A stretch of 64,000 nt of DNA from Candidatus Omnitrophota bacterium (GCA_028717885.1 JAQUMX010000006.1:206-64205), one strand, 5' to 3'; numbered from the stretch's first letter, positions 27,753 to 40,138 are shown. Notes: a model not told the origin generated them from the letters alone. Made by a program: numbers and translations.

Positions 27753-30700
27753 TGGAAGAAGTCATTACTTTTGATAGCATTTCGATCAAGATAGCTTCTC
27801 CTCAAATTATTAAGTCCTGGTCCAAGGGCGAGGTAAGGAAGGCCGAGACGATTAATTACCGTACCTTGAAGCCGGAAAAAGACGGCCTTTTCTGCGAAAA
27901 GATTTTTGGGCCGGTACGCGATTGGGAATGTAATTGCGGAAAGTATAAGGGGATTAAATTCAAGGGTGTTACCTGCGACCGTTGCGGTGTCACCGTTGAC
28001 CGTTCCTCAGTGCGCCGCGAGCGCATGGGCCATATAGAACTAGCGACACCGGTAACGCATATTTGGTTTTTTAAAGCTGTGCCCAGCCGCCTTTCGGCAT
28101 TATTGGATATCGGTTTAAGGGACTTGGAAAAGATTATCTATTATGAAGAATATGTGATTATAGACCCCGGGACTACGCCGTTAAAAAAGAACGAACTTTT
28201 AAGCGAAGAAAAATACCAGGAAGCCGTAAACAAGTACGGCACGAATTTCAAGGCTAAGATCGGCGCAGAAGCAGTTGCTGACTTGTTAAAGGGGCTGGAC
28301 CTGGATAGCCTCTGCCGCAAATTGCGCAGGGACCTGGAAAAGAATAAGGAATCCTTAAACAGCCGGAAAATTTTAAAGTCCCTGAAATTAATCGAAGATT
28401 TTAAGAAATCGGGAAACAAGCCGGAATGGATGATTATGGAGATCCTTCCCGTGATCCCGCCGGATTTAAGGCCGTTAGTCCCGTTGGACGGCGGCAGGTT
28501 TGCTACATCGGACCTAAATGATTTATACCGCAGGGTAATTAACCGTAACAACCGTTTAAAGAAATTAATGGAATTAAATGCGCCGGAAATCATCATCCGC
28601 AACGAAAAGCGCATGCTTCAGGAAGCGGTGGATGCATTACTCGATAACGGCAGGCATGGCCGCGCAGTAATGGGTGCTAATAACCGCCCGTTAAAATCAC
28701 TCTCTGATATGTTAAAAGGAAAGCAAGGCCGTTTCCGCCAGAATCTGTTAGGTAAGCGTGTGGATTATTCCGGCCGTTCAGTTATCGTGGTTGGCCCGGA
28801 ATTAAAACTGCATGAATGCGGGCTTCCTAAGCAAATGGCTTTGGAATTATTCGAGCCATTCATCATCAAAAAATTAAGAGAAAAAGGTTTTGTGCATACG
28901 ATCAAGGGCGCGCGCAGGATGGTAGAGCGCGGCAAGATCGAAGTTTGGGATATCCTTGATGAAGTTATCCAGGACCACCCGGTGTTATTGAACAGAGCGC
29001 CTACGTTACACCGTTTAGGCATCCAGGCATTTCAGCCGGTGCTCATCGAAGGAAAATCGATCAAGATCCACCCGTTAGTCTGTACTGCTTTTAACGCAGA
29101 CTTTGACGGCGACCAGATGGCAGTGCATGTGCCGCTTTCCCTGGAATCCCAGATCGAAGCCAAGATTTTAATGCTTGCGATTAATAATGTTTTCTCTCCT
29201 GCAGACGGCCGTCCGATTATCACGCCTACACAGGATATTATTTTAGGCGTTTCTTATTTAAGCAAAGAAAAATCCGGAGCAAAAGGGGAAGGAAAAATTT
29301 TCTCCAGTAGCGACGAGGCATTGATTGCCGAGGCTGACGGTGAAGTTGATTTGCACGCTTCGGTAAAGTTACGCGTGGATATTCTTTTTGATTTTGATGA
29401 GAAAAAGACGGTGAAAGAAAAGAAAATCATTCCCACTACTATCGGAAGAGTGATTTTTAACCAGGTTTTGCCGGAAGGTTTCGGTTTTGTTAACCGTGAA
29501 TTGAATAAATCGCGTGTCGGAGAAATCGTCGCGGATTGTTACAAGCGTTTTGGCCACAGCCGTACCATCCAGTTGCTCGATGATATCAAGCGTTTAGGTT
29601 TTAATTATGCAACTTTAGGCGGTATTTCCATCGGTATAGATGATTTGAAAATTCCTAAAGAAAAACATGATGTGATCAAGGAAGCCAGGGGCGAGGTAGC
29701 GAAAGTCGAAGAGCAATACCGCAGAGGTATTATTACCGACAGTGAGCGTTCCAATAAAGTTATCGCTATCTGGACGCACACTACGGATAAGGTTTCCGAT
29801 TTACTCTTTAAAGAGATGGAGCCTTTTAACCCGATCTTTATGATGGCAGATTCCGGAGCAAGAGGGTCACGCCTTCAGGTCAGGCAGTTAGCCGGCATGC
29901 GCGGTTTGATGGCAAAGCCTTCCGGTGAAATCATCGAAAGCCCGATTACCGCGAATTTTAGAGAAGGCTTAACAGTGCTTGAGTATTTTATTTCTACTCA
30001 CGGTGCGCGCAAAGGTTTGGCTGATACCGCGCTAAAGACCGCTGACGCCGGGTACTTAACCCGCCGTTTGGTGGATGTAGCGCAGGAAGTAATTGTAAGC
30101 GTTGCTGATTGCGGGACACTTAACGGGATTACGGTTTCGGCAATCGTGGAAGGCGACGAAGAAGTAGTAAGTTTAAAAGACAGGATTATCGGCCGCACTG
30201 CTTTGGATAACGTGGTCGATATTATTACCGATAATGTCATTGTCGAACAAGGTTCGGAGATTAATGAAGAAAAAGCAGAGATGATTGAGAGGTTGGGCAT
30301 CGAAAAAATCCGTATCCGCAGTGTTTTGACCTGCGAATCCGAAAGAGGCGTTTGTACCAAATGTTATGGCAGGAATTTAGCCACCGGCCGTCCGGTAGAA
30401 ACCGGCGAAGCAGTAGGGGTAATTGCCGCGCAGTCAATCGGTGAGCCTGGTACGCAGCTGACCATGAGAACCTTCCATATCGGTGGTACCGCTTCCAGAA
30501 TCGTCGAACAATCATTCGTCAAATCAAAAAATAAAGGTATTGTCAAATATCATGCTTTAAGGGTAACTGCCAAGAATAAAGAGTTTATCGTTTTGAACAG
30601 AAACGGTTCCATCAGTATTAACGATAAACAAGGCAGGGAACTTGAGCGCTACACTGTGCCGCAGGGTGCATTTATCAGTATTGCGGAGAATGAAGAGATT

Positions 30701-31801
30701 AATAAGGGTATAGCTTTTGTGCGTTGGGATCCTTATACCATCCCCGTCCTTACTGAAGTAGGCGGTAAAGTTAAATTCGAAGATTTAAAAGAAGATGTAA
30801 CTGTGCGCGAAGAATTGAATCCTGTTACCAAGCTGACCGAGCGCGTAGTCGTAGAACACAAAGCAGATTATCATCCGCAGATTATTATTCAGGATGAGAA
30901 GGGCGAAGTTTTAGGTATTTATCCGATTCCTATCGGAGCGCATATTCTGGTTAAGGACGGAGAAAGAACCGAAGCCGGAGATTTACTGGCAAAGATTCCG
31001 CGCCAGGTTGGCAGGACCAGAGATATTACCGGAGGCCTTCCGCGCGTTGCCGAACTTTTTGAAGTCCGTAGGCCCAAGGATCCGGCAATTATCAGCGAAA
31101 TCGACGGGTTCATTGAATTCGGCGAAACCAAAAAAGGCCAGCGCGTAATCATCGTAAAATCACCTACCGGAATGGAAAGAGAATACACTATTCCTCACGG
31201 TAAACACCCCAATGTTTACAAGGGTGATAAAGTAATCGCCGGCCAGCAATTAACCGAAGGCCCGGTAGTCTTGCAGGATATTTTAAGGGTCTGCGGCGAT
31301 AAAGTTTTACAGGAATATTTAGTGAATGAAGTGCAGGAAGTCTACCGCCTGCAGGGTGTGCGTATCAATGATAAGCATATCGAGTTGATTATCCGGCAGA
31401 TGTTAAAGAAGGTCAGAATCGAAGACCCGGGTGATACCGAATTTTTAGCCACACAACAAGTGGATAAGTGGAAATTCCAGAAGGAAAATGCCCGCGTGCT
31501 TAAGAAAGGGCAGAAGCCGGCACTGGCCACTCCGCTGTTATTAGGTATCACAAAAGCATCCTTAACCACAGAAAGTTTTATTTCCGCGGCAAGTTTCCAG
31601 GAAACTACCCGCGTACTTACCGATGCTTCAGCCAGCGGCAAGCACGACGAATTATTCGGCCTAAAAGAGAATGTTATCGTCGGCCATTTAATTCCTGCGG
31701 GTACAGGTTTTCGCACGCACCGCGATATCGAAGTAGTTAAGCTTTCCCAGGCTCTGAAAGAGCAGGCGCAAGATCGCGAAAAAGAAGGAGTAAAGATATA
31801 A
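27752..31801 (+). CDS. rpoC: DNA-directed RNA polymerase subunit beta'
   Basis: 1349 aa; zinc finger CNCGKYKG...CDRCGV, catalytic [12 protein letters not shown], bridge-helix and trigger-loop regions. Confidence 0.98.
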   Translation: MEEVITFDSISIKIASPQIIKSWSKGEVRKAETINYRTLKPEKDGLFCEKIFGPVRDWECNCGKYKGIKFKGVTCDRCGVTVDRSSVRRERMGHIELATPVTHIWFFKAVPSRLSALLDIGLRDLEKIIYYEEYVIIDPGTTPLKKNELLSEEKYQEAVNKYGTNFKAKIGAEAVADLLKGLDLDSLCRKLRRDLEKNKESLNSRKILKSLKLIEDFKKSGNKPEWMIMEILPVIPPDLRPLVPLDGGRFATSDLNDLYRRVINRNNRLKKLMELNAPEIIIRNEKRMLQEAVDALLDNGRHGRAVMGANNRPLKSLSDMLKGKQGRFRQNLLGKRVDYSGRSVIVVGPELKLHECGLPKQMALELFEPFIIKKLREKGFVHTIKGARRMVERGKIEVWDILDEVIQDHPVLLNRAPTLHRLGIQAFQPVLIEGKSIKIHPLVCTAFNADFDGDQMAVHVPLSLESQIEAKILMLAINNVFSPADGRPIITPTQDIILGVSYLSKEKSGAKGEGKIFSSSDEALIAEADGEVDLHASVKLRVDILFDFDEKKTVKEKKIIPTTIGRVIFNQVLPEGFGFVNRELNKSRVGEIVADCYKRFGHSRTIQLLDDIKRLGFNYATLGGISIGIDDLKIPKEKHDVIKEARGEVAKVEEQYRRGIITDSERSNKVIAIWTHTTDKVSDLLFKEMEPFNPIFMMADSGARGSRLQVRQLAGMRGLMAKPSGEIIESPITANFREGLTVLEYFISTHGARKGLADTALKTADAGYLTRRLVDVAQEVIVSVADCGTLNGITVSAIVEGDEEVVSLKDRIIGRTALDNVVDIITDNVIVEQGSEINEEKAEMIERLGIEKIRIRSVLTCESERGVCTKCYGRNLATGRPVETGEAVGVIAAQSIGEPGTQLTMRTFHIGGTASRIVEQSFVKSKNKGIVKYHALRVTAKNKEFIVLNRNGSISINDKQGRELERYTVPQGAFISIAENEEINKGIAFVRWDPYTIPVLTEVGGKVKFEDLKEDVTVREELNPVTKLTERVVVEHKADYHPQIIIQDEKGEVLGIYPIPIGAHILVKDGERTEAGDLLAKIPRQVGRTRDITGGLPRVAELFEVRRPKDPAIISEIDGFIEFGETKKGQRVIIVKSPTGMEREYTIPHGKHPNVYKGDKVIAGQQLTEGPVVLQDILRVCGDKVLQEYLVNEVQEVYRLQGVRINDKHIELIIRQMLKKVRIEDPGDTEFLATQQVDKWKFQKENARVLKKGQKPALATPLLLGITKASLTTESFISAASFQETTRVLTDASASGKHDELFGLKENVIVGHLIPAGTGFRTHRDIEVVKLSQALKEQAQDREKEGVKI

Positions 31802-32182
31802 ATGCCAACAATCGCCCAGTTAATCAGGCACGGTAGGATTTTAAAAAGAAAGAAAACAAAATCTCCGGCATTAAAGGCATGCCCGCAGAGAAGAGGAGTT
31901 TGTTTGCAGGTGCGTACCATGACGCCGAAGAAGCCGAATTCGGCATTGCGTAAAATTGCCAGGGTAAGGTTGACTACCGGGATTGAAGTAACTTCCTATA
32001 TACCGGGCGAAGGGCATAATTTACAGGAACATTCCATTGTTTTAGTCAGGGGCGGGCGCGTTAAAGACTTGCCCGGTGTCAGGTACCATATCGTAAGAGG
32101 TACTTTAGACGCGGCAGGCGTTAACGCGAGAAAGAAATCCCGTTCCAAATACGGAGCCAAAAGGCCGAAAGAGGGCAAGTAG
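31802..32182 (+). CDS. rpsL: 30S ribosomal protein S12
   Basis: [33 protein letters not shown] blocks. Confidence 0.98.
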   Translation: MPTIAQLIRHGRILKRKKTKSPALKACPQRRGVCLQVRTMTPKKPNSALRKIARVRLTTGIEVTSYIPGEGHNLQEHSIVLVRGGRVKDLPGVRYHIVRGTLDAAGVNARKKSRSKYGAKRPKEGK

Positions 32183-32184
32183 GG

Positions 32185-32655
32185 ATGAGACGTAGAAAAG
32201 CGCAAGAAAAAGAAATTTTACCTGACCCAAAATTTAATAGCAAGGTAGTTGGTAAATTCATCAACATGGTAATGATCAAAGGGAAAAAAGCAGTTGCCGA
32301 GAGGATTGTTTACGGCGCCTTTGATATCCTGACTAAGCAGCTTAATGAGCCGGATGTCCTAAAAGTTTTTTATAAGGCAATCGATAATGCCAGGCCGCGC
32401 CTGGAAGTTAAGCCGCGCAGAGTCGGCGGTGCCACTTATCAGGTTCCGATAGAAGTCAGGCAAGAGCGTGGTACTTCCATAGCCCTACGCTGGATCAGGG
32501 ACTATGCCAAGAGTAAAAAGGGAAAATCAATGGAAGACAAGCTTTCTGAAGAGATTGTAGCGGCATATAAAGGAGAAGGCTCCGCAATAAAAAAGAGGGA
32601 TGATACTCACAAAATGGCCGAGTCCAACAAGGCCTTTGCCCATTTTAGATGGTAA
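32185..32655 (+). CDS. rpsG: 30S ribosomal protein S7
   Basis: LPDPKFNS...KFIN..M..GKK..AE.I(V)Y.A and VGGATYQVP blocks. Confidence 0.97.
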   Translation: MRRRKAQEKEILPDPKFNSKVVGKFINMVMIKGKKAVAERIVYGAFDILTKQLNEPDVLKVFYKAIDNARPRLEVKPRRVGGATYQVPIEVRQERGTSIALRWIRDYAKSKKGKSMEDKLSEEIVAAYKGEGSAIKKRDDTHKMAESNKAFAHFRW

Positions 32656-32662
32656 TTTAAAG

Positions 32663-34759
32663 ATGATAAGAAAGATTCCTTTAGAGAAAATCAGGAATAT
32701 CGGGATAATCGCGCATATAGACGCTGGTAAAACTACTACCAGCGAGCGCATCCTTTATTATACCGGCAGGACCTATAAGATCGGCGAGGTGCACGAAGGC
32801 ACTGCAGTCATGGATTGGATGGTCCAGGAGCAGGAGAGAGGCATTACTATCACCGCTGCCGCTACTACTTGTACCTGGAACGACATTCATATCAACTTGA
32901 TCGATACACCCGGCCACGTGGATTTTACGATCGAAGTAGAAAGGTCGCTCAAAGTTTTAGACGGGGCAGTAGTAGTTTTCTGCAGCGTAGGCGGAGTTGA
33001 GCCGCAGTCGGAAACTGTCTGGCGCCAGGCTGACCGTTATAATGTACCGAGGCTGGCTTTCGTAAATAAAATGGACCGCGTAGGCAGCAATTTTCTAGAA
33101 GTCATCAACCAGATGCATAAGAGGTTAGGGGCAAATGCGGCGGCAATCCAGCTGCCTTTCGGCAAAGAAGCGGGCTTCACCGGTATAGTCGATATTGTAG
33201 AAAATAAATTGACCCTTTACAAGGATGATTTGGGAAAGAACCTGGAAGTTAAAGATGTCCCCGCAGAAATGCATGCGGAAGTGGAGAAATACCGTAATAT
33301 CCTGATTGAAAGGCTGGCGGAAGTCGACGATATAATTATGGAAGATTATTTGCACGGCAAAGCCATCAGCGCCCAGGAGATCAAGGACACGATCAGGAGA
33401 ACGACTATTGCCAATAAATTTGTGCCGGTACTTTGCGGCACGGCATTTAAGAACAAAGGGGTTCAATTATTGTTGGATGCAGTCAGCGATTATCTTCCGT
33501 CTCCGATGGATGTACCTGCGATTCAGGGGACAAGCCCAAAGAGTGGAGAATTCGAAGAGATCAAGGCTTCTGATAGCGCACCTTTCTGCGCTTTATGTTT
33601 TAAAGTTGCAACTGACCCTTTTGTGGGGAAGCTGAATTATATCCGTGTTTATTCCGGGACGCTGAATAGCGGCACTTATATTTACAATGCCTCAAAAAGG
33701 GAAAGAGAACGCGTGACAAAGATCGTCAAGATGCATGCCAACCGGCAGGAAATTGTCGAGAGCGTTTCTACCGGCGAAATTGCCGCGGCTGTCGGCTTAA
33801 AAGAAACCAAGACCGGAGACACTATCTGCACGGAAGCAAATCAGATTTTGATCGAAGCAATGCGTTTTCCTGAGCCGGTTATTCAGCAGGCAATCGAGCC
33901 AAAATCAAAAGATGCCCAGGAAAAATTAGGCATGGCTTTGCATAAATTAGAGGAAGAGGACCCGTCATTCCGCGTTTCTTACAATCAGGAAACCGGCCAA
34001 ACTATTATTGCCGGTATGGGCCAATTACATTTGGAGATTATTATCGACCGCATTATGCGCGAGTTTAATGTCGAAGCGCAGGTAGGGCAACCGCAGGTAG
34101 CTTACCGTGAAACTATTACTCAGCCGGCAAAAGTTGTCGGTAAATTTATTTCCCAGTCCGGCGGCCGCGGCCAGTATGGCCATGTAGTTTTAGAGATGGA
34201 GCCTCAGGAAACTCCCGGCACCGGCATTACTTTCGAAGATAAAATTAAGAGCGGAGCGATCCCGCGCGAATATATTCCGGCAGTCAAAAAAGGGATTATG
34301 GCTGCGTCAAAAAGCGGGTCAATGGCAAATTATCCGGTTACCGACGTAAAAGTAATTTTAGTCGATGGCTCATATCATGAAGTCGATTCTTCGGAATTGG
34401 CTTTTCAGATGGCAGCCTCCATCGGTTTTAACGAAGGTTTGAAAAAAGGCAAGCCCGTGCTTTTAGAGCCGATCATGGATATGGAAGTAATTGTCCCGGA
34501 AGAATTTATGGGTCAGGTTATCGGAGATTTAAGTAGCCGCCGGGCAAAAATAGTTTCGCTCGCACAGCGGCACAATTTGCGCACCATCCGCGCGAACGTC
34601 CCGCTGGCAGAAGTATTTAATTATGCTACAGCAGTAAGAAGCTTGACACAAGGCCGTGCATCCTATACAATGGAGCCTTCATTTTACGCTGAAGTGCCTT
34701 CACATATAGCGGAAAAAATTATTGCTGGTAGTACATCGGTTGCTGCAAGAAAATATTAA
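32663..34759 (+). CDS. fusA: Elongation factor G
   Basis: [17 protein letters not shown]1 motif, [13 protein letters not shown]; start at ATG 32663 (track start 32600 lies inside rpsG). Confidence 0.97.
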   Translation: MIRKIPLEKIRNIGIIAHIDAGKTTTSERILYYTGRTYKIGEVHEGTAVMDWMVQEQERGITITAAATTCTWNDIHINLIDTPGHVDFTIEVERSLKVLDGAVVVFCSVGGVEPQSETVWRQADRYNVPRLAFVNKMDRVGSNFLEVINQMHKRLGANAAAIQLPFGKEAGFTGIVDIVENKLTLYKDDLGKNLEVKDVPAEMHAEVEKYRNILIERLAEVDDIIMEDYLHGKAISAQEIKDTIRRTTIANKFVPVLCGTAFKNKGVQLLLDAVSDYLPSPMDVPAIQGTSPKSGEFEEIKASDSAPFCALCFKVATDPFVGKLNYIRVYSGTLNSGTYIYNASKRERERVTKIVKMHANRQEIVESVSTGEIAAAVGLKETKTGDTICTEANQILIEAMRFPEPVIQQAIEPKSKDAQEKLGMALHKLEEEDPSFRVSYNQETGQTIIAGMGQLHLEIIIDRIMREFNVEAQVGQPQVAYRETITQPAKVVGKFISQSGGRGQYGHVVLEMEPQETPGTGITFEDKIKSGAIPREYIPAVKKGIMAASKSGSMANYPVTDVKVILVDGSYHEVDSSELAFQMAASIGFNEGLKKGKPVLLEPIMDMEVIVPEEFMGQVIGDLSSRRAKIVSLAQRHNLRTIRANVPLAEVFNYATAVRSLTQGRASYTMEPSFYAEVPSHIAEKIIAGSTSVAARKY

Positions 34760-34789
34760 CAGTTTACTACTAATAGGGGAGGTGTAGTA

Positions 34790-35992
34790 ATGGCTAAAGA
34801 AAAATTTGTGAGGTCCAAGCCACACGTGAACATCGGTACCATCGGGCATATCGACCATGGTAAGACCACGTTGACCGCGGCGATCACGCACGTTTTAGCA
34901 AAATTGGGTAAGGCAACAGCAAGAGAATACGCGGATATCGCAAAAGGCGGAACAGTTAGAGACGAGACAAAGGTCGTAACTATTTCTGTTGCACACGTTG
35001 AGTATGAAACGGATACTCGCCATTACGCGCATATCGACTGCCCAGGCCACGCAGACTATATCAAGAACATGATTACCGGCGCAGCGCAGATGGACGGCGC
35101 TATCCTGGTAGTTTCCGCTGCTGACGGCCCTATGCCTCAGACCAGGGAACATATTCTTTTAGCCAGGCAGGTAAACGTGCCTTCAATGGTAGTATTCTTG
35201 AATAAATGCGACCTCGTTCAGGATAAAGAACTTCTTGATCTGGTAGAGTTAGAGACCAGGGATCTTTTGACAAAATACGGTTATCCGGGAGACAAAACTC
35301 CGATTATCAGAGGTAGCGCTTCTAAAGCAATGGCAGCATCGGATCCGAATAGCGAAGATTGCAAATGTATCATGGAATTAATGAAAGCATGCGATGAGTT
35401 TATTCCATTGCCTGTAAGAGACCTTGATAAGCCTTTATTGATGGCAGTTGAAGACGTCTTCAGCATTGAAGGTAGAGGTACTGTAGGGACCGGAAGGATC
35501 GAACGCGGTAAAGTAAAATTGAATGATACGGTTGAGTTGGTAGGTTTAAGGCCGGAAGTTCATTCTACCGTAGTTACCGGTATCGAAATGTTCCGCAAGC
35601 TCCTCGATGAAGGCCAGGCCGGTGATAACGTCGGTTTGCTTTTAAGAGGCGTTGACAAGAGCTCTATCGAGCGCGGCATGGTTATCGCAGCGCCGAAATC
35701 AATTACTCCTCACACCAAATTCAAAGGCCAAGTTTATATCCTGACCAAAGAAGAAGGTGGAAGGCATACCCCGTTTTTCAAAGGTTACCGCCCGCAGTTC
35801 TATTTTAGGACTACGGATGTTACCGGTTCAGTGGTTCTGCCGCAGGGCGCGGAAATGGTAATGCCCGGAGATAATGTTAATCTGGAAGTAGAATTGATTA
35901 TCCCTATCGCCATGGAAAAAGAATCACGTTTTGCCATCCGCGAAGGCGGGCATACGGTAGGTGCAGGAGTTGTAACGGAGATTATTGCTTAA
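34790..35992 (+). CDS. tuf: Elongation factor Tu
   Basis: [34 protein letters not shown]; SD GGGGAGG. Confidence 0.99.
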   Translation: MAKEKFVRSKPHVNIGTIGHIDHGKTTLTAAITHVLAKLGKATAREYADIAKGGTVRDETKVVTISVAHVEYETDTRHYAHIDCPGHADYIKNMITGAAQMDGAILVVSAADGPMPQTREHILLARQVNVPSMVVFLNKCDLVQDKELLDLVELETRDLLTKYGYPGDKTPIIRGSASKAMAASDPNSEDCKCIMELMKACDEFIPLPVRDLDKPLLMAVEDVFSIEGRGTVGTGRIERGKVKLNDTVELVGLRPEVHSTVVTGIEMFRKLLDEGQAGDNVGLLLRGVDKSSIERGMVIAAPKSITPHTKFKGQVYILTKEEGGRHTPFFKGYRPQFYFRTTDVTGSVVLPQGAEMVMPGDNVNLEVELIIPIAMEKESRFAIREGGHTVGAGVVTEIIA

Positions 35993-35993
35993 C

Positions 35994-36293
35994 ATGCAAA
36001 AGATTCGCATCAAACTAAAAGCCTATGACCATCGCCTGCTTGATCAGGCGGTAGCCGAGATCGTGGAAACTGTCCGGCGTACCGGAGCGAAAATTTCCGG
36101 GCCCGTACCGTTGCCCACGAAGCACGAGATTTATACGGTGCTGCGTTCGCCGGTAATCGATAAAAAATCCCGCGAGCAGTTCGAATTGGCGACACACAAG
36201 AGGCTGATTGATATTTTTGAACCTACATCCAAGACGATCGATTCCTTAAGGAAATTAAACCTTCCGGCAGGCGTGGATGTGGAAATTAAATGA
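35994..36293 (+). CDS. rpsJ: 30S ribosomal protein S10
   Basis: [16 protein letters not shown] start; ATG 35994 one nt after the tuf stop (track start 35985 rejected). Confidence 0.95.
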   Translation: MQKIRIKLKAYDHRLLDQAVAEIVETVRRTGAKISGPVPLPTKHEIYTVLRSPVIDKKSREQFELATHKRLIDIFEPTSKTIDSLRKLNLPAGVDVEIK

Positions 36294-36401
36294 GGACATA
36301 ATTTATGGCGCGTAAGCGACATAAATTATAAGTCCGAATTTATCCCGCACAGCTTATATTAAAAGCTGTTGAGTGCGGGAATAACTTGCAAGGAAACTCA
36401 C
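36291..36401 (+). repeat. Family-1 structured intercistronic element (copy B, rpsJ|rplC)
   Basis: ATGAGGACATAATTTATGGCGCGTAAGCGACATAAATTATAAGTCCGAATTTATCCCG; hairpin 36294-36335 with GTAA tetraloop; second hairpin 36344-36379; mini-ORF 36305-36331. Confidence 0.75.
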
Positions 36402-37034
36402 ATGTTAGGTATTTTAGGAAAAAAACTAGGAATGACCCAGGTCTTTACGGAAAACGGAAGCCTTGTTTCCGTGACTGCCATCGAAGCCGGGCCATGCCCT
36501 ATATTAAAGGTAAATGAAAAGAGCCTGCAATTGGGTTTTGAGGCAATCGCAGAAAAGCATTTAAGTAAGCCGGTGCTTGGCTACTTTAAAAAACTGCAGC
36601 TTAATCCCTGCAAGGTGATTCACGAAGTGGTAAAGGACCCTTCCAAGGAATATAAGATTGGCGACCAGGTAAAGGTAGATATTTTTAAAGAAGGCGATTT
36701 CGTCGATGTGAGCGGAACTTCTATTGGTAAGGGTTTTCAGGGCGGGATGAAGCGTTGGCATTGGCATGGCGGGCCGCAAACCCATGGTTCGATGTCGCAC
36801 CGCAGGATTGGTTCTTTGGGGTCAAGTACCACCCCAGGCCGCACCTGGACCGGGCATCATTTACCCGGGCACTTGGGTAATACTCGGGTTACTACTCAGA
36901 ACCTGAAAATAATTAAAGTTGACCTGGAGAATAATATCCTCTTAGTCAAAGGTTCGGTACCGGGAAATAAAAATAATTATTTATTCATCAGGCAGGCGAA
37001 AAAGAAGAAGCCAAAGGCTGCTGCAACTAAATAA
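36402..37034 (+). CDS. rplC: 50S ribosomal protein L3
   Basis: MLGILGKKLGMTQVF is the canonical L3 N-terminus; AAGGAAA SD; track start 36369 lies inside the repeat element. Confidence 0.95.
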   Translation: MLGILGKKLGMTQVFTENGSLVSVTAIEAGPCPILKVNEKSLQLGFEAIAEKHLSKPVLGYFKKLQLNPCKVIHEVVKDPSKEYKIGDQVKVDIFKEGDFVDVSGTSIGKGFQGGMKRWHWHGGPQTHGSMSHRRIGSLGSSTTPGRTWTGHHLPGHLGNTRVTTQNLKIIKVDLENNILLVKGSVPGNKNNYLFIRQAKKKKPKAAATK

Positions 37035-37042
37035 GGTTAAAA

Positions 37043-37690
37043 ATGGAAGCAATTACATTACCAGTATATAATACAGAAGGCAAAGAAGTGGAAACAATCA
37101 AGCTTGATACCGCTGTTTTCGACGGCGAAGTTAATAGCGCGGCGATTCATCAGGCAATTACTGCTTACCGGGCAAATCAGCGCACAGGGTTGGCTGCGAC
37201 TAAAACCAGAGGCGAGGTATCCGGAGGCGGCCGTAAGCCCTGGAAACAAAAAGGCACCGGCCGGGCAAGGGTAGGTTCCACGCGTTCTCCTCTTTGGAGG
37301 CATGGCGGTGTTGTATTCGGCCCACACCCGAGGGATTTTTCCTATACCCTGCCGCAGAAAATCAAGTCTGTTGCTTTAAAATCAAGCCTGAATGCTAAAG
37401 TCAAAGAAAACAATTTTGTGGTTCTGGATACTTTGGAAGCCAAAGCAGTAAAGACCAAAGAAATGAATAAAGTTTTATCCAATCTAAAAGTGCTTCCGGA
37501 GAAACATAAAGCTTCGCGCGTGCTTTTATTGTCCGATAACCTGGATAATAACCTGAAGCTTTCTTTAAGGAATATAAATTTCCTGGATATTAACTTGACC
37601 CGGGATACCAACGTTTATGAAGTTTTATCTGCGCGCAAACTCGTGATTACCAAGAGCGGTTTAGCGCAATTAACCAAGAGGTTGAAATAA
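37043..37690 (+). CDS. rplD: 50S ribosomal protein L4
   Basis: SGGGRKPW.QKGTGRAR.GS.RSP.W..GG block. Confidence 0.96.
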   Translation: MEAITLPVYNTEGKEVETIKLDTAVFDGEVNSAAIHQAITAYRANQRTGLAATKTRGEVSGGGRKPWKQKGTGRARVGSTRSPLWRHGGVVFGPHPRDFSYTLPQKIKSVALKSSLNAKVKENNFVVLDTLEAKAVKTKEMNKVLSNLKVLPEKHKASRVLLLSDNLDNNLKLSLRNINFLDINLTRDTNVYEVLSARKLVITKSGLAQLTKRLK

Positions 37691-37965
37691 TGAATTCCTT
37701 CGATATCGTAAAATCAATCCTGCGCACCGAGAAATCTACGCTGGAAGAGCCTAAAGGCAGGTACCTTTTTTTAGTGGATAATAAGGCGAATAAAATCCAG
37801 ATTAAGCGCGCAGTGGAAGAAACTTACAAAGTAAAAGTAAAAGAAGTCAATACCGCGGTTATCCGCGGAAAATTAAAGCGTGTCAGGCATCAATTGGGAA
37901 AAACTCCTGATGTAAAAAGGGCTTATGTTACTTTAGTTGAGGGGCAGAAAATCGAGGCTGCTTAA
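37690..37965 (+). CDS. rplW: 50S ribosomal protein L23
   Basis: Size, position and (V/I)(L/I).P..TEK start pattern. Confidence 0.93.
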   Translation: MNSFDIVKSILRTEKSTLEEPKGRYLFLVDNKANKIQIKRAVEETYKVKVKEVNTAVIRGKLKRVRHQLGKTPDVKRAYVTLVEGQKIEAA

Positions 37966-37970
37966 TTGCT

Positions 37971-38804
37971 ATGGGTATAAAAAAATTTAAACCAACTTCA
38001 CCTTCGCGCCGCTGGATGTCCGGCCCGGATTTTAGCGAAATTACCAAAGATACCCCGGAGAAATCACTGCTCCTGCCTTTAAAATCCAGAGCCGGCAGGA
38101 ATTCTTACGGCAGGATCACCGTTAGGCACCAGGGCGGCGGCCACAAGCGGAAGTTAAGGATCATTGATTTTAAGCGCGATATCTTCGAAACTCCGGCAAA
38201 GGTAGTAGCTATCGAATATGACCCGAACCGCACCAGCAGGATCGCCCTGGTTGAATATCCGAACAATCTTAAAAAATATATTATTGCTCCGGCAGGCTTA
38301 CAAGTCGGGGATGTAATTATATCTTCCAATGAAAAGGAAGCGGAAATCAAAACCGGAAATTGCCTGCTTTTAAGGCATATTCCTTCCGGTACAATGATTC
38401 ATAATATCGAATTAGCTAAAGGCAGAGGCGGGCAAATCGTCAGGAGTGCAGGTTCTTCTGCCCAGATCATGGCAAAAGAAGGCGACTTTGCGCATGTGAA
38501 GCTGCCTTCCGGAGAAGTGAGATTAGTAAGTTTAGATTGCCACGCAACCATCGGCCAGATCGGCAACATCGAACATGAAGCTGTGCAGATGGGTAAAGCG
38601 GGAAGAAGGCGCTGGATGGGGATCAGGCCTACGGTTAGAGGGCTTGCCATGAATCCTGTGGACCATCCGCACGGCGGTGGCGAAGGAAAATCCGGACAGG
38701 GTAATCCGCACCCGGTTACCCCCTGGGGTAAGCCTACAAAAGGCTACAAAACTCGCAGCCCTAACAAGTATTCGGATAGATTTATCTTAAAGAGAAGGAA
38801 ATAA
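37971..38804 (+). CDS. rplB: 50S ribosomal protein L2
   Basis: GRN..G.IT.RH.GGGHKR and [13 protein letters not shown] blocks. Confidence 0.98.
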   Translation: MGIKKFKPTSPSRRWMSGPDFSEITKDTPEKSLLLPLKSRAGRNSYGRITVRHQGGGHKRKLRIIDFKRDIFETPAKVVAIEYDPNRTSRIALVEYPNNLKKYIIAPAGLQVGDVIISSNEKEAEIKTGNCLLLRHIPSGTMIHNIELAKGRGGQIVRSAGSSAQIMAKEGDFAHVKLPSGEVRLVSLDCHATIGQIGNIEHEAVQMGKAGRRRWMGIRPTVRGLAMNPVDHPHGGGEGKSGQGNPHPVTPWGKPTKGYKTRSPNKYSDRFILKRRK

Positions 38805-38807
38805 AAA

Positions 38808-39095
38808 ATGCCGCGTTCATTAAAAAAAGGACCGTTTGTCGAAGAAAGATTATTGGAAAAAATAGAAAAGCAAAAACGTTCAGGCACCCGCCTGGCAATT
38901 AAGACCTGGTCAAGGCGCTCGACAATCACCCCGGATTTCGTAGGGCTGACCTTCGCGGTCTATGACGGAAAAAAGCATGTCCCGGTCTTTATTACGGAAA
39001 ATATGGTTGGCCACAAATTAGGGGAATTTGCGCCTTCGCGCATTTTCCGCAAGCACGGTGGTGTAAAAGCGAAGAAAGCGCTTGAGAAGACATAA
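38808..39095 (+). CDS. rpsS: 30S ribosomal protein S19
   Basis: [10 protein letters not shown], (V)Y(D/N)GK.H.PV.(I)[11 protein letters not shown]. Confidence 0.97.
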   Translation: MPRSLKKGPFVEERLLEKIEKQKRSGTRLAIKTWSRRSTITPDFVGLTFAVYDGKKHVPVFITENMVGHKLGEFAPSRIFRKHGGVKAKKALEKT

Positions 39096-39099
39096 AAAA

Positions 39100-39438
39100 A
39101 TGATTGCAAGAGCAGAAAGCAAATTTTTAAGGATTTCACCGACAAAGGTCAGGCAGGTTCTGGAGCTTATCATCCTGAAGGATGCTGCCGAGGCACAAAG
39201 CATCTTGTTTCACCTGAACAAGCGGCCCAAGGAATTTTTATCCAAGATTTTAAAATCGGCTATTGCCAATGCTAAGGTCAAAGGTTTCCAGGCGGAACAG
39301 CTTTATGTTTCCCGGGCAATCTGTGATGTAGGCCCGATCTGGAAAAGGTATAAGGCAGGCGCGTTCGGCAGGGCTACACCGATAAAGAAGAGAACCGCAC
39401 ATATATTAATTGAATTGGATGTAAAGACAGGAGAATAA
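39100..39438 (+). CDS. rplV: 50S ribosomal protein L22
   Basis: MIARAESKFLRISP.KVR.V start; ATG 39100 follows the rpsS stop (track start 39082 overlaps rpsS). Confidence 0.93.
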   Translation: MIARAESKFLRISPTKVRQVLELIILKDAAEAQSILFHLNKRPKEFLSKILKSAIANAKVKGFQAEQLYVSRAICDVGPIWKRYKAGAFGRATPIKKRTAHILIELDVKTGE

Positions 39439-39442
39439 TTGC

Positions 39443-40138
39443 ATGGGGCATAAAGTTAATCCGTTCGCAATGAGGTTAGGGATAATCCGTACGTGGCACA
39501 GCCGCTGGTTTGCCAAACCGAAGGATTTTCCGCGTTTCATCGAGGAAGATTACAGGGTAAGAAAATTCATCAAAGAAAAATTTAAGCAAGCGGCGATTTC
39601 CAAGATCATTATCGAACGCCTGACCGAAAAGATCAGGGTGAGGATTTCTTCTGCGCGCCCGGGCTTGATTATCGGACGCCATGGCTCGGATATCGAGCGC
39701 CTGCGCGAAGATTTAAACGGCATGTTAAAGCGCGAAGTTTCTATCGATATCGAAGAAGTGAAGGACCCTGCAATCGATGCGCAATTGGTTGCAGAAAATG
39801 TAGCTTTACAGCTGGAGAAAAGAGTGGCGTTCCGCCGCGCGATCAAGCGTTCCATAGAGCATGCAATGAATGCGGGTGCAAAAGGGGTAAAGATTATGTG
39901 TTCCGGAAGGTTAGGCGGCGCAGAAATGTCGCGTACGGAGACCTTTAGGCAAGGCAAGATTCCTTTGCAGACTTTGCGCGCGGATATAGATTATGGTTTT
40001 GCGGAGAGTTTAACCACTTACGGCGTAATTGGGATTAAGGCCTGGGTTTATAAAGGCGATATCCTGGATAAGAATCCTCTGGTGTTCAAGCCTAAGGAAG
40101 AAAGAACCGAAGAAAAAACGGTAAATCAGCAAAGTTAA
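39443..40138 (+). CDS. rpsC: 30S ribosomal protein S3
   Basis: MGHKVNP...RLG, KH domain, GRLGGAEM(S)R.E block. Confidence 0.97.
   Translation: MGHKVNPFAMRLGIIRTWHSRWFAKPKDFPRFIEEDYRVRKFIKEKFKQAAISKIIIERLTEKIRVRISSARPGLIIGRHGSDIERLREDLNGMLKREVSIDIEEVKDPAIDAQLVAENVALQLEKRVAFRRAIKRSIEHAMNAGAKGVKIMCSGRLGGAEMSRTETFRQGKIPLQTLRADIDYGFAESLTTYGVIGIKAWVYKGDILDKNPLVFKPKEERTEEKTVNQQS

Noticed and set aside
32600-32662. N-terminal extensions in the ORF track for fusA. The same occurs for alaS (3213), trpE (10514), rpsP (12073), surA-like (17996), rpsJ (35985), rplC (36369), rplV (39082), rpsN (42247), the dehydratase large subunit (52328) and pilT (53577).
   Set aside because: The extensions overlap the preceding gene or a repeat element and precede the canonical conserved N-terminus. 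A downstream ATG next to the upstream stop or an SD fits better.
36294-36335. Family-1 hairpin as a group II intron domain 5 mimic (a ~40-nt hairpin with a GNRA loop and a bulge on the 3' strand) or as a kink-turn.
   Set aside because: There is no AGC catalytic triad at the stem base. There is no 5' GUGYG...intron body or IEP ORF, and no tandem sheared G-A pairs next to the 3-nt bulge.
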